Under the pieces are notes generated by a model, which had not been told where the DNA came from, ran no database searches, and saw only the letters and a program-made list of their open reading frames with translations. Position numbers and translations under genes: made by a program. Below, in pieces: positions 46,635-56,248 of a DNA stretch of 64,000 bases; the first letter of the stretch is position 1, and each line of letters starts with the position of its first letter. Source of the stretch: Verrucomicrobiota bacterium (GTDB taxonomy: Bacteria; Verrucomicrobiota; Verrucomicrobiia; Opitutales; Cerasicoccaceae); NCBI GenBank assembly GCA_039818205.1, contig JBCBUK010000004.1, positions 200,302-264,301 on the forward strand, in the 5' to 3' direction.

Positions 46635-47417
46635 ATGAGTGACTATTACACACGTTTCGGTGGGATTGGCCGACTCTATGGTGCAGCTGGGTTGGAGCGC
46701 CTGCGCAGTGCCCATGCCTGTGTGGTTGGAGTAGGCGGGGTTGGGTCGTGGTCGGTTGAGGCCTTAGCCCGCACAGGAATTGGCCGCATTACGATGATCG
46801 ATCTTGATGACGTTTGCCTGAGCAACGTCAATCGGCAGCTGCCGGCGCTTGATGGCGAGGTCGGCAAACTCAAAGTCGATGTACTTGCTGAAAGAACTCG
46901 TGCGATCAATCCCGAGTGTGAGGTTTACCCAATTTCAACGTTCTTTACGGACTCCTCCGCAGAGCGCTTGCTGGGAATGGGCTTCGACGTTGTGATCGAT
47001 GCAATTGACTCCGTCGCCAACAAGTGCCGGTTGATTGCGGATTGCCGGCGCAAAGAAATTCCCTTGGTAACGGTTGGCGGTGCTGGTGGGCGACGCAATC
47101 CGGCCGCCGTAAAGGTCGAAGATTTATCACGAACGATTGGCGACCCGCTGTTGGCGAAAGTACGCAAACAGTTGCGACGCGATCATGATTTCCCCCGTGA
47201 GCGTCGTTGGAAGTTCAAAATTCCGTGCGTTTACTCGGACGAGCCGCCGGTTTTCCCTTGGGGTGATGGCACGGTTTGCGCTACGAAAGAGGAGGGCGCC
47301 GAGCTACGTTTGAACTGTGATCAAGGCTTTGGCACGGCAAGTTTCGTTACTGGAGCCATGGGTTTTTCCACGGCGGCTGTCGCGGTTGATTTGCTGTTGG
47401 ATCGCGCCAGCTACTAA
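46635..47417 (+). CDS. tcdA: tRNA threonylcarbamoyladenosine dehydratase (ThiF family)
   Basis: RFGGIGRLYG, VGVGGVGSWSVEALARTG, SNVNRQ, DAIDS, GGAGG, DPLLAKVRK. Confidence 0.92.
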   Translation: MSDYYTRFGGIGRLYGAAGLERLRSAHACVVGVGGVGSWSVEALARTGIGRITMIDLDDVCLSNVNRQLPALDGEVGKLKVDVLAERTRAINPECEVYPISTFFTDSSAERLLGMGFDVVIDAIDSVANKCRLIADCRRKEIPLVTVGGAGGRRNPAAVKVEDLSRTIGDPLLAKVRKQLRRDHDFPRERRWKFKIPCVYSDEPPVFPWGDGTVCATKEEGAELRLNCDQGFGTASFVTGAMGFSTAAVAVDLLLDRASY

Positions 47418-48247
47418 CGGTCCTCAATAAAGAAGCGCTGGAAGTTAGTCTCAACCAGTTGGGCCAAGTCGGCTTGCTCGATTCCTGTGACCTCAGCGAT
47501 CGCCTGATAAGCAGCATTGATGTTGGCTGGATGGTGCAGAGACTCGCCGTCGGGTGCGTGAACAAAACTGACTTTGCCGGGCAAAGTAAATCGCTGCCAG
47601 TCATCGGGTGGCAACATATCCGGGCAATCAGTTTCAACTAGCAAACGGTCGAGTGGAACTTGCATCAGCGCATCGCGGTGACGCTTTTTGCGGTCATGCA
47701 TAACGTAGGCGGAAAAGCTGAAATAGGCACCGAGATTCGCCAGCTCGCGCACCATTTCCGTCGATCCATTATAGCCGTGTAGATGAAAGCCACGTGCCGG
47801 GATCGGGCAGCTTACGAGGGTCTCTTTTAGCGGCCCCCAGGCCTGTAAACAGTGGATGGATATCGGGCGGTTCTCCTGTGCGGCGATGGCGAGCTGCGCC
47901 TCAAATGCCGCTTGTTGTCGTTGCAAGTCGTGCCCCTTGATCCAGCGATCAAGGCCGACTTCACCAACCAAAGCGTTGGGAAAACGATCCAGGTATGTTC
48001 GCAGTCGTTCGAGCCAGTTGTCGGGCGCATCGTTGATGTGCCAAGGATGAAGACCAAAGGCTGGTATGACCCGTGGGTCTCGTTCTGCTAAACTGGCAAC
48101 AGCGTCCCAGTCGTCGGGGTGAGTTCCGTTTACGACAGCTCGTTGCACATCGATCGATTCTAAGTCCGCCGCAATCTGCGTCGCATGGGACAACAGCCGG
48201 CTATCATGCCAGTGACAATGGGCGTCGTAGAAAGAGTGCTCGGCCAT
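47414..48247 (-). CDS. TatD-family metal-dependent nuclease/hydrolase
   Basis: DAHCH, FGLHPW, VGEVGLD, SIHC, LHGY, LVETDCPD. Confidence 0.93.
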   Translation of the reverse strand: MAEHSFYDAHCHWHDSRLLSHATQIAADLESIDVQRAVVNGTHPDDWDAVASLAERDPRVIPAFGLHPWHINDAPDNWLERLRTYLDRFPNALVGEVGLDRWIKGHDLQRQQAAFEAQLAIAAQENRPISIHCLQAWGPLKETLVSCPIPARGFHLHGYNGSTEMVRELANLGAYFSFSAYVMHDRKKRHRDALMQVPLDRLLVETDCPDMLPPDDWQRFTLPGKVSFVHAPDGESLHHPANINAAYQAIAEVTGIEQADLAQLVETNFQRFFIEDR

Positions 48248-48259
48248 TGCGGACTGTTT

Positions 48260-48793
48260 TTAGCCAGGTTCGGTGCCAGCCGCAAGGTCGTTGATTGTGC
48301 TCGGTGACTTCCTACGCGCTGGGCGAAACTCCAGGACGCGTCGATAGGTGCCCCAAATGCGATAGACATACACTGCGATTACCGCGCCCAGCACATCCGC
48401 AATCCAATCGTCAAATTCCATATAGCGCCCCGGAGTCGTGCTTTGGTGGAGCTCATCGGCGAGGCCAAAAAGGGCGGTGAACGTAATGGCAAAAATAGTG
48501 CGTCGTGCCTTCGACCATTCTGGACTAAATGCTCGATAGCACGCGGTGGCGAGCAGGCCGAATACCAGCAAGTGTGCGAGCTTGTCGGACGTGAAAAATG
48601 AATTGGGTAGGGCGACTGGATTCCCACCGGACGCAAAGGATATTGCCGCCATCAATGCTAGTGGCCACAGGAAGCCGAGCCACCGTCGGCGGCCATTTTT
48701 GTCTTTGTCTTCGCTGCTCATGGTTCCCGTTCGTCGCGCTTCATTGAACTCAATTGGAAGTGTGGACAAGTCATTTCGCGGAAATGTTTCCAT
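48260..48793 (-). CDS. VanZ-family membrane protein (alternative start ATG 48721)
   Basis: DKLAHLLVFGLL, DELHQSTTPGR, DWIADVLG. Confidence 0.88.
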   Translation of the reverse strand: METFPRNDLSTLPIEFNEARRTGTMSSEDKDKNGRRRWLGFLWPLALMAAISFASGGNPVALPNSFFTSDKLAHLLVFGLLATACYRAFSPEWSKARRTIFAITFTALFGLADELHQSTTPGRYMEFDDWIADVLGAVIAVYVYRIWGTYRRVLEFRPARRKSPSTINDLAAGTEPG

Positions 48794-48830
48794 TGATCGG
48801 CCTTAATTCCCTGCTTAGGTTTTTGAGATC

Positions 48831-50528
48831 ATGCGGCGAATGTTGGGCGTTGGATTTTGCCTGGTGGCTCTTATTTTGGGAGTCGCGGGTTGGTTCATGC
48901 CCGCCTATCTGGATGCGGTGGCGCCCTTCGTCCTTCAAGAAGCTGGCTTGCCTGGTCCGCGCCCGATGGCGGCAGCCGAACAATTTTTGGATGAGGGTAA
49001 AGCTGGCCCGGCCTGGCGCATGGAGCAGGCAGTGCGTCCATTGCGAGACCCAAATGGGGTTGAGCTCGTGCCGGGCGAAGACGATCGACTCAACCAGCGG
49101 CTCGCTCAGTTCATTGCCGATCACCCGGAGGATCGCCTGATCGGTAGCGCCGAGGCCTACGGTCAACAGTTTCTTAACCTGGCGCCTCGCCGACCATCGC
49201 TGCCCGAAGGGATCGCTCCGACGCCGTTCATGCATTTGCTATCCCATGAGGACAATCGCCATGCCCTAAAGAGCCTGTTGAGCGGTTCGCGCAATCAGAA
49301 TGTACAAGATGTATTGGCGACGTTGAATCTGACTGGCGTCCGCAAGTTTATGCCCGTGCAATCCGCAGCGGGCGCGCCGCTTGAGTCGTCTATTTTGACG
49401 ACAGCGCTATTGATTCAAAGTGGCTATATGAGCCCTGAGTTTGCGCGAGGAGTCGCTCAAATGGGTCAACATGCCAATGGTGGCGATGCGGCGGCGATCA
49501 GTCGACTGGAGGCCTTTTACCTCTCGGTGTTGGGTGCGGCACAGCGTTTGGATTGGGCGTCATTGGGGATGTGGACACAGATGGCCCAAGATCCGCTCAG
49601 CTTTATGCGGGTAACCACGCTCCTGCGGCAAAGTGGTGACCGCGAAAGCCTGGTTTTTGCCATTGCCTGCCTTAGCCAGCGTCCAGATTGGCTCGCAGAT
49701 TATTATGAAAATTTTGGCAACGACGGATGGCCTGATTTGGAACGGGCGTTCTTGTGGGGGACTGGTCCATTGAATTACCTGCTCGAGTTGCAACTGCCGC
49801 TTTATCGCGGGCCTGCAATTGGTCGCGCGAGCGTTAAGGAGACCCCCTTGTCGCAAGGCAGCGCGGGGCAGGTGTTGGCTTACTTTTGCGCCGAACGCCG
49901 ACTCGTGGCACTTGGCCTGAAGTTTTTCCTGCTACTGATTGCTGGCGTGTTTCTAGCCAGCGGAATGAAGAAAATCTTTGCGTCGCTGAGCGATCCGGCT
50001 TCGACCACCGGAACCATGGCTTGGCTGCAGAATTGCTCCTTGGGTGTCCTGGTGTTGCTTGTCATCGTATCCTGGCAGGAGCCCCAACTATTTGCCCAAC
50101 CGGTGACTGAGCCCGGCGTCTTGTTTTTAGAATTTGAATTACCGGCCGCACAGGCCACAGTGGAGTCCGAAACCATGCCAAACGCATCCCTCGATCAACA
50201 AACCGTTCTTGTCCTGCTCATCTTTTTTATGGTGCAGCTGGTGATCTACGTTGTCTGCCTGGTTAAGGTGAGCTCAGTCAAACGTGCGCCTGTTTCTGCC
50301 GAGACGCGCATCAACCTCCTTGAGAATGAGGAACCGTTGTTTGATCTGGGACTCTATGTTGGCCTGGCCGGAACAGTCATCTCGTTGCTGATGCTGGCGA
50401 TGGGGGTTGTCCAGGCGAGTTTGGTGTCGGCCTATGCTTCGACGCTCTTTGGGATCATTTTCGTAGCGATGCTTAAGATCCTGCACGTTCGTCCGCTGAA
50501 GCATAAGCTGATTCTGGAAAACCGTTAG
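48831..50528 (+). CDS. Membrane protein with a large soluble domain and a C-terminal MotA/TolQ/ExbB-like 3-TM module
   Basis: N-terminal TM, ~330-aa helical domain, further TMs; C-terminal LGLYVGLAGTVISL...SLVSAYASTLFG. Confidence 0.6.
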   Translation: MRRMLGVGFCLVALILGVAGWFMPAYLDAVAPFVLQEAGLPGPRPMAAAEQFLDEGKAGPAWRMEQAVRPLRDPNGVELVPGEDDRLNQRLAQFIADHPEDRLIGSAEAYGQQFLNLAPRRPSLPEGIAPTPFMHLLSHEDNRHALKSLLSGSRNQNVQDVLATLNLTGVRKFMPVQSAAGAPLESSILTTALLIQSGYMSPEFARGVAQMGQHANGGDAAAISRLEAFYLSVLGAAQRLDWASLGMWTQMAQDPLSFMRVTTLLRQSGDRESLVFAIACLSQRPDWLADYYENFGNDGWPDLERAFLWGTGPLNYLLELQLPLYRGPAIGRASVKETPLSQGSAGQVLAYFCAERRLVALGLKFFLLLIAGVFLASGMKKIFASLSDPASTTGTMAWLQNCSLGVLVLLVIVSWQEPQLFAQPVTEPGVLFLEFELPAAQATVESETMPNASLDQQTVLVLLIFFMVQLVIYVVCLVKVSSVKRAPVSAETRINLLENEEPLFDLGLYVGLAGTVISLLMLAMGVVQASLVSAYASTLFGIIFVAMLKILHVRPLKHKLILENR

Positions 50529-50548
50529 GGTCGTCGGTTTGACTCTTA

Positions 50549-51334
50549 ATGGGTCCTGGATTTTATATTACCGTGAGATTGTTCTATATCTTAGGCGCAC
50601 TATTGGCGGCCCTTTCGGTCTCGGCCGAGGACCGACCGACCGTGGTTTTGATTCATGGTTTGGCGGCATCGGGCGCAAATATGTGGCACATCGAGGAGAC
50701 GCTGGATGCGGAGGGATATCGAGTGCTCAATGTCGAGTATCCTTCGATGTCCTATTCCTTGGAAGAGCTTGCCCCTGCGATTCGTGCCGTAGTCGACGAG
50801 TATGTGGGCGACGCGCCGAAGATTCATTTCGTGACTCACTCAATGGGGGGGATCCTGTTGCGGATGATTCAGCGCGATGATCCGATCGAGCAAATAGGCC
50901 GAGTGGTCATGTTGGCTCCCCCGAACCATGGCAGCTATGCGGTCAACGTATTCGAAGGTATCGAGCCCTTTGAGTCGGCCATTGGCCCAGCCGGCTTGGC
51001 CCTGCGAGATGGGGACAACGCCTTCCTGGAGCACCTGGGAACGCCCGATTTCGAATTTGGCGTGCTAGCCGGAAGTCGGGGAGTCGATCCAATCTTTTCT
51101 ACGATGATTCCGGGTCCGGATGACGGCGTGGTCTCGGTCGAAAGCACCAAGCTTGAGGGGATGTCGGATTTTAAGGTGATTCACGTAAGCCATCCGATGA
51201 TCGTGATTGATGCGGAGGCGATGGACAATATCGTCGCCTTTCTGCAGACGGGAGAATTCCTTGAGCAAACGAAGGACCGATCCGCTGAACACTCCTGGCG
51301 GCGGCAAATGCAACACCGTCCACGCTTGCCGTAG
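50549..51334 (+). CDS. Secreted alpha/beta-hydrolase (lipase/esterase family); start uncertain
   Basis: VVLIHGL, VTHSMGG, MLAPPNHGS, DDGVV, VSH. Confidence 0.88.
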   Translation: MGPGFYITVRLFYILGALLAALSVSAEDRPTVVLIHGLAASGANMWHIEETLDAEGYRVLNVEYPSMSYSLEELAPAIRAVVDEYVGDAPKIHFVTHSMGGILLRMIQRDDPIEQIGRVVMLAPPNHGSYAVNVFEGIEPFESAIGPAGLALRDGDNAFLEHLGTPDFEFGVLAGSRGVDPIFSTMIPGPDDGVVSVESTKLEGMSDFKVIHVSHPMIVIDAEAMDNIVAFLQTGEFLEQTKDRSAEHSWRRQMQHRPRLP

Positions 51335-51393
51335 GGAGCTCATTTGCGTCGTTTTTGGCTTTCGTTAAATCGGACTTCTTGCATGATACTTTT

Positions 51394-52050
51394 ATGTCTC
51401 TGCGATTCTCCGAAGAAATTCTGCTCCTAGCGCTCGATGATGAAACCGGCAAACTTCATCCGGTTCCGGAGGGTTCGCTGCGGCTGGCAATAGCGGGTGG
51501 ATTGATCCTCGAGCTCGCCTTTAAGGGGGCAGTCGACACAGACGATAAGAATTTGCAGGTGTTGTCACGGGAGTCCGTTGGAGATCCGCTTCTAGATGAT
51601 GCGTTGGCAAAAATTCCTGAAGAGAGTCCGCTTAGCATACAAAGAGCGCTTAACGCCGTGTCCGCCGAAGGTGACGAATGGCGCAAGCGATTGTTCGAGG
51701 GCTTGATTGAGCGCGGAGTCCTGCAGCAGGAAGAGCATCGTTACCTTTTCGTTCTTAAAGAACGTCGCTATCCGGTTGTTAATGATCAGGAGGAGCAGGA
51801 AGTTCTTTCCCGAATCCGTAGCGTGGTACTCGATGATTCCACGATCCCAGACCCGAGGGATATTGTAATCGTGTGTCTGATGGACGCCTGCGATCTCAGC
51901 AACGTTGTGTTTTCCGAAGACGAGTTGGCCCAACACAAGGAGCGAATTGAGCAGCTGGCGAAAATGGATTTTGTTGGCCAGGCGCTAACCAAGGCAGTTA
52001 ATCAAATCCAGCAAGCATTACTCGAGGTAATGGCCTACTCAGGAATGTAG
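51394..52050 (+). CDS. GPP34/GOLPH3-family protein
   Basis: L..SEEILLLALDDETG, AGGLILELA..G, GDPLLDDAL, L.ERGVL, RRYP: the PF05719 pattern. Confidence 0.85.
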   Translation: MSLRFSEEILLLALDDETGKLHPVPEGSLRLAIAGGLILELAFKGAVDTDDKNLQVLSRESVGDPLLDDALAKIPEESPLSIQRALNAVSAEGDEWRKRLFEGLIERGVLQQEEHRYLFVLKERRYPVVNDQEEQEVLSRIRSVVLDDSTIPDPRDIVIVCLMDACDLSNVVFSEDELAQHKERIEQLAKMDFVGQALTKAVNQIQQALLEVMAYSGM

Positions 52051-52056
52051 TTCCTG

Positions 52057-52467
52057 CTAAGTGCTGCGCGTTGTATCGGCGACGAGCAGTCGAACAATGT
52101 TCGAGTTGTTGGGAGGGGTGAACCCTTCAGAACGGAGGTCGTAGTATTCTTTGGCGATTTCTTTTTGCTCAAGGCGAAGGGCCGCCATCTGGGCTTCAAT
52201 CTTCATCCGGCGACGCTGTGACGTTCTAAATGACGCCGGCGGCAAACCGGAGCTGGGCAGATCATTGTATTTTTCAACGTCTGCTTGAACCTCGATCGCC
52301 TTTTTGCGGTAGTCGCTGATTCGTGACTGCAATTGCTCGGGCAGAGCATTGTAGAATTCCTGCAGTCGACGATTCGGATCGTAATCGACTGATTCAGTTT
52401 CACTCGCCCAAGCTGGCATCGCTCCAACGAGCAATACAACGGCTAGTGCAATGAATGACTGATACAT
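52057..52467 (-). CDS. Hypothetical secreted coiled-coil protein
   Basis: Signal peptide MYQSFIALAVVLLVGAMPAWA; helical, charged body. Confidence 0.7.
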   Translation of the reverse strand: MYQSFIALAVVLLVGAMPAWASETESVDYDPNRRLQEFYNALPEQLQSRISDYRKKAIEVQADVEKYNDLPSSGLPPASFRTSQRRRMKIEAQMAALRLEQKEIAKEYYDLRSEGFTPPNNSNIVRLLVADTTRST

Positions 52468-52668
52468 TTTTCTCACTATCCTATATATTATCGGAAAAAG
52501 GACTCAGAATTCAAGCAGAGATCTCAGTATCCTAAGATATTTCAGAAGTAACTGAAATAAGGTGGTTTCCATTGCCAAAAGTCTCTCTTGGTGGGTCTGA
52601 AAGCGATTTTCAAGAAACGTCCTAGACAAAATCTTTCCAAACCACTAACGAGTGCTCTCTTACAAGTC

Positions 52669-53535
52669 ATGAAAGTTTACCTCAACGGAGAGTTTGTTGA
52701 CCAGGCCGACGCCAAGGTCTCAGTTTTTGATCACGGTTTCCTCTACGGAGACGGAATTTTTGAAGGAATCCGCCTTTATGATGGAAATGTGTTCAAATTG
52801 GATGAGCACCTGGAGCGTCTGGAATTCTCAGCGCAGGCGATCATGCTGGATCTACCCTGGACGCGGGCGGAAATCGCCGAGGCTGTTTGTGAGTCTTGCC
52901 GTGTCAACAACCTCAACAATGGCTATATCCGCCTGATCGTCAGCCGTGGGGTGGGTTCCCTGGGTCTGTCTCCGAAGAGCTGCGCCAACCCACAATTGAT
53001 CATCATCGCCGACCAGATTCAGCTTTACCCGCCGGAATTCTATACCGACGGCTTGAAAGTGATCACCGTGGCGACCCGGCGTTTGAATCCAGCGGCATTG
53101 CCGCCGATGATTAAAAGTCTCAACTATCTGAACAACATTCTTGCGAAGATCGAGGCTGGAAACCTTGGCTATGTTGAAGCCTTCATGCTGAACGATCAAG
53201 GCTACGTGGCTGAGTGCACCGGCGACAATGTATTCATCGTCCAACACGGCAAAGTATTTACCCCGCCCGTCAGTGCTGGATCGCTGACTGGAATTACTCG
53301 TCAGGCGGTCATGGAGATTGTTCAAGAGCTTGATCTCGAATTGGTTGAGACAAATCTTACGCGTTACGATCTGTGGATTGCCAGCGAGTGCTTTTTAACT
53401 GGAACCGCAGCGGAAGTCGTCCCTGTCGTCGAGATCGACGGCCGTGGAATCGGCAGCCGCGAGCCAGGAGAGATCACCAAAAAGGTGCTCGATGCCTTCC
53501 GTGCGCGCGTTTCGGTCGACGGAACGAAGATCTAG
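52669..53535 (+). CDS. ilvE: Branched-chain amino acid aminotransferase
   Basis: DHGFLYGDGIFEGIR, KSLNYLNN (PLP Lys), ECTGDN, LTGITRQ, GTAAEVVP. Confidence 0.95.
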   Translation: MKVYLNGEFVDQADAKVSVFDHGFLYGDGIFEGIRLYDGNVFKLDEHLERLEFSAQAIMLDLPWTRAEIAEAVCESCRVNNLNNGYIRLIVSRGVGSLGLSPKSCANPQLIIIADQIQLYPPEFYTDGLKVITVATRRLNPAALPPMIKSLNYLNNILAKIEAGNLGYVEAFMLNDQGYVAECTGDNVFIVQHGKVFTPPVSAGSLTGITRQAVMEIVQELDLELVETNLTRYDLWIASECFLTGTAAEVVPVVEIDGRGIGSREPGEITKKVLDAFRARVSVDGTKI

Positions 53536-53647
53536 CGCCATAATGTCACACTTGGTGCCCGGTGAAAAATGGGCATTGAGGGTGATATCTATTATGCGTG
53601 GTAAGGTTTGACACCGCAAAATTATACTTTCACGCTCCAAGATTCTT

Positions 53648-54238
53648 ATGACCCTCACCCCTCGTATCTCTTTGCGTACACATCGCCGTCGCGCATCCGG
53701 TTTCACACTGGTGGAACTATTGGTGGTTATGGCGATCATTCTGATCCTTTCCGGAATTGTGATTGGTGTCTCTGGCGGCATCTCAGGCAAGCAGTCCCGC
53801 GCCCGAGCGGAAACGGAACTCGCGACCATTGCTGCTGCGCTGGAAGCCTATAGACTCCAGTATGGCGATTATCCGTGGGTTGGTGCCGATTCTGATGGTG
53901 CAGAGCTCTTCCGCCACCTAACTGGAGTGGTTCGCATGGAGCCAACTTCAACACCTGGGCAGCCTCGTATGGTTCGAGCTGAGAAGGTTTTCCTCGATGA
54001 GGCTACCGTAAAGGCATTTGGTGACGCATTTACCGATCCTTGGGGTCGGCCTTATGAGTTCTATTATAAGGAAGCTGGTTCCTGGGAAAACTGGCAGAAT
54101 CCTGGATTCATTTTAATCTCGAAAGGGCCCGATGGTAAACCGGTCGGTCCGAGCTACTCCTCGAACAATGGCCATATCGATGCAGGTTTTTTCAGTGGCG
54201 AGAGGCAAGACAATCTCGTCTATGGTTTGGAATTCTAA
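53648..54238 (+). CDS. Prepilin-type N-terminal cleavage/methylation protein (GspG-like pseudopilin)
   Basis: G|FTLVELLVVMAII, AALEAYRLQYGDYP, DPWGRPY, SKGPDG. Confidence 0.92.
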   Translation: MTLTPRISLRTHRRRASGFTLVELLVVMAIILILSGIVIGVSGGISGKQSRARAETELATIAAALEAYRLQYGDYPWVGADSDGAELFRHLTGVVRMEPTSTPGQPRMVRAEKVFLDEATVKAFGDAFTDPWGRPYEFYYKEAGSWENWQNPGFILISKGPDGKPVGPSYSSNNGHIDAGFFSGERQDNLVYGLEF

Positions 54239-54256
54239 CTAATTAACTTATTTGTC

Positions 54257-54859
54257 ATGAAGTATCGTAATACCCCATCTCGCCGAGACGGTTTCACCCT
54301 GATCGAACTACTTACCGTGGTTGCAATCATTGGAATTCTTGCCGGAATTTTGATTCCCGCCGTGGGCGGCGCCAAGAAGTCTGCTCTGAAAACACAGTCT
54401 CGCGCACAATTCTCGGGCTGGGCGACCGCGCTAGAGCAATACAAAGCTGAGTATGGCCACTATCCGACTATAGGTAGTCTCAGTACCGGTGGCACCCTTA
54501 ACCTCAACACCAATGGTGAAGAATTTGTGAAGGCGCTTTCGGCTCGTGATGTCGACGGCCGTAGCCTCAGTGACGCTGATCGCCGCCGTTTGAATCGCAA
54601 AGGTATCTCTTTTTACTCGTTTGGCGATGCCGAGCTGACCGACGAGAATGGTGATCTGGACGATAGCGGTCGTCTCTATGATGCTTTCGGAAATTCAAAT
54701 ATCTTTGTCAAAGTGGACCACGACAACAATGGCATCGTACCGAAGAGTGGATTTCCTTCGGATGCCGGGAACGACGACCTGCGTGGGCGCGTGGCAATTT
54801 GGACCGACGAAACCAACTCCACGATTGAAGATGGCGTCACCATTATGAGCTGGAAGTAG
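54257..54859 (+). CDS. Prepilin-type protein (GspG-like)
   Basis: G|FTLIELLTVVAIIGILAG, ALEQYKAEYGHYP, DAFGN. Confidence 0.92.
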   Translation: MKYRNTPSRRDGFTLIELLTVVAIIGILAGILIPAVGGAKKSALKTQSRAQFSGWATALEQYKAEYGHYPTIGSLSTGGTLNLNTNGEEFVKALSARDVDGRSLSDADRRRLNRKGISFYSFGDAELTDENGDLDDSGRLYDAFGNSNIFVKVDHDNNGIVPKSGFPSDAGNDDLRGRVAIWTDETNSTIEDGVTIMSWK

Positions 54860-54869
54860 AAGTTGCCTT

Positions 54870-55610
54870 ATGCGTTTGCGAAATTATCATCTAAGTTACA
54901 CACGCCGGGCGTTCTCGCTGGTTGAATTGCTCGCGGTCATCGCGATCATCGGAATCATGGGAGCGGTTATCGGCATCAGTATGAAGCCGAATGAGGGAAG
55001 CTCGATTCAGGCTGGTCAGCGGGTTACCGCAAGTATGTTTCAGGCGGCTCGCGCCATGGCGACAGCTCGCCAAACTGAAGCTCGAGTTATCATTTACGCC
55101 GACGGAAATCCCGATGAGCGTGACTCGAAATTACTTCGCTTCATCGGAGTGGTATATTGGCAGCCAGATCCGAACGATCCAAGCTCCGGCGAATGGTTGC
55201 CTGGGAATTCAGGCTCATATCTTCCCAACAATGTATTTTATGTTCCTTCCAGTGCTGCGGAAGTAGCCGCAGCCGATGGCGTGAATTCGGGAGATATCTT
55301 GCGAAGTTCAAATGTTCCAGGTGGGACTATGACCGCAAAATTCCCATCAAGTGGTGGCGGTTCTTCAGGCGATACTTGGTATTATTATGCGTTCGATAAG
55401 ACCGGAAACGCGCGAACAACGGGTGTTGATGGCGGTGGAAATCGATCTTTCGCTGGTGACATCGTGGTGATCGGCTCCGGCCGATATGATCCATCTGGTG
55501 GTGGGCAGGTGCTTATCGAGAACCCCTTTGCGACCGCTGGTCTGTCGATCCGCAGAGTCGGTGGAACGATGATCTTGAACGACTACGACTTCATTAAGGA
55601 AGCACTCTAA
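54870..55610 (+). CDS. Minor prepilin (GspH/FimT-like; Verru_Chthon cassette D-like)
   Basis: A|FSLVELLAVIAII, FQAARAMA..RQ, F...G near the C-terminus. Confidence 0.8.
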   Translation: MRLRNYHLSYTRRAFSLVELLAVIAIIGIMGAVIGISMKPNEGSSIQAGQRVTASMFQAARAMATARQTEARVIIYADGNPDERDSKLLRFIGVVYWQPDPNDPSSGEWLPGNSGSYLPNNVFYVPSSAAEVAAADGVNSGDILRSSNVPGGTMTAKFPSSGGGSSGDTWYYYAFDKTGNARTTGVDGGGNRSFAGDIVVIGSGRYDPSGGGQVLIENPFATAGLSIRRVGGTMILNDYDFIKEAL

Positions 55611-55632
55611 TTTGGCGAAAGGCTTTGCAGTC

Positions 55633-56220
55633 ATGAAACAGCGAACACTCTCACGATCTTTCCCCAATCGCGCTGGCGGTTTTTCATTATCGGAGGTTAT
55701 TTTGGCCGTCGGTATCCTTTCACTTTCGATCCTTTCGTTGTTGGGACTTTTTGGTCCCACATTGAATTCAGTTCGCGATGTGGTTGAGGTCAATGAGGCA
55801 AATGGCATACGCACAACGATTAACTCGTACATAGCCAGCCATGAGATTTTCCAATACGCTGGTCCCAACAGTTTCGATACGCTTTATCCAGCGTTGGCTG
55901 CTGGTGAAGTATTGTATGCATGGAACACGCGTGAAAATGGTGACCCGGCGGAACCGCTTTCAATTGTGGTTTCTGACCGAGAGCCGACCTCCACGAATAT
56001 TCAAGAGTTAGAGGGGAATATTTTTGTTGTTGTTTTGAGCGAAAGCGAGACTTCCGATACTCGTGCAGTTGCTGATTTGGCCGGATACCCGATCTCGGTA
56101 TCCATCTTCGCAGTTGCCCCATCGGAGTTCATTAGTGGAACGTTTAATCTAGCGGACACCCGGAATAATAGTCGTCCAGTTTTAAGCTTCCCAGATTACA
56201 TACTCCGCGTACCGCAGTAG
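55633..56220 (+). CDS. Minor prepilin (PilV/GspI-like; Verru_Chthon cassette B-like)
   Basis: G|FSLSEVILAVGILSLSILSLLGL. Confidence 0.8.
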   Translation: MKQRTLSRSFPNRAGGFSLSEVILAVGILSLSILSLLGLFGPTLNSVRDVVEVNEANGIRTTINSYIASHEIFQYAGPNSFDTLYPALAAGEVLYAWNTRENGDPAEPLSIVVSDREPTSTNIQELEGNIFVVVLSESETSDTRAVADLAGYPISVSIFAVAPSEFISGTFNLADTRNNSRPVLSFPDYILRVPQ

Positions 56221-56248
56221 TATCTTTTTAATCATACCCTTACGAGCG

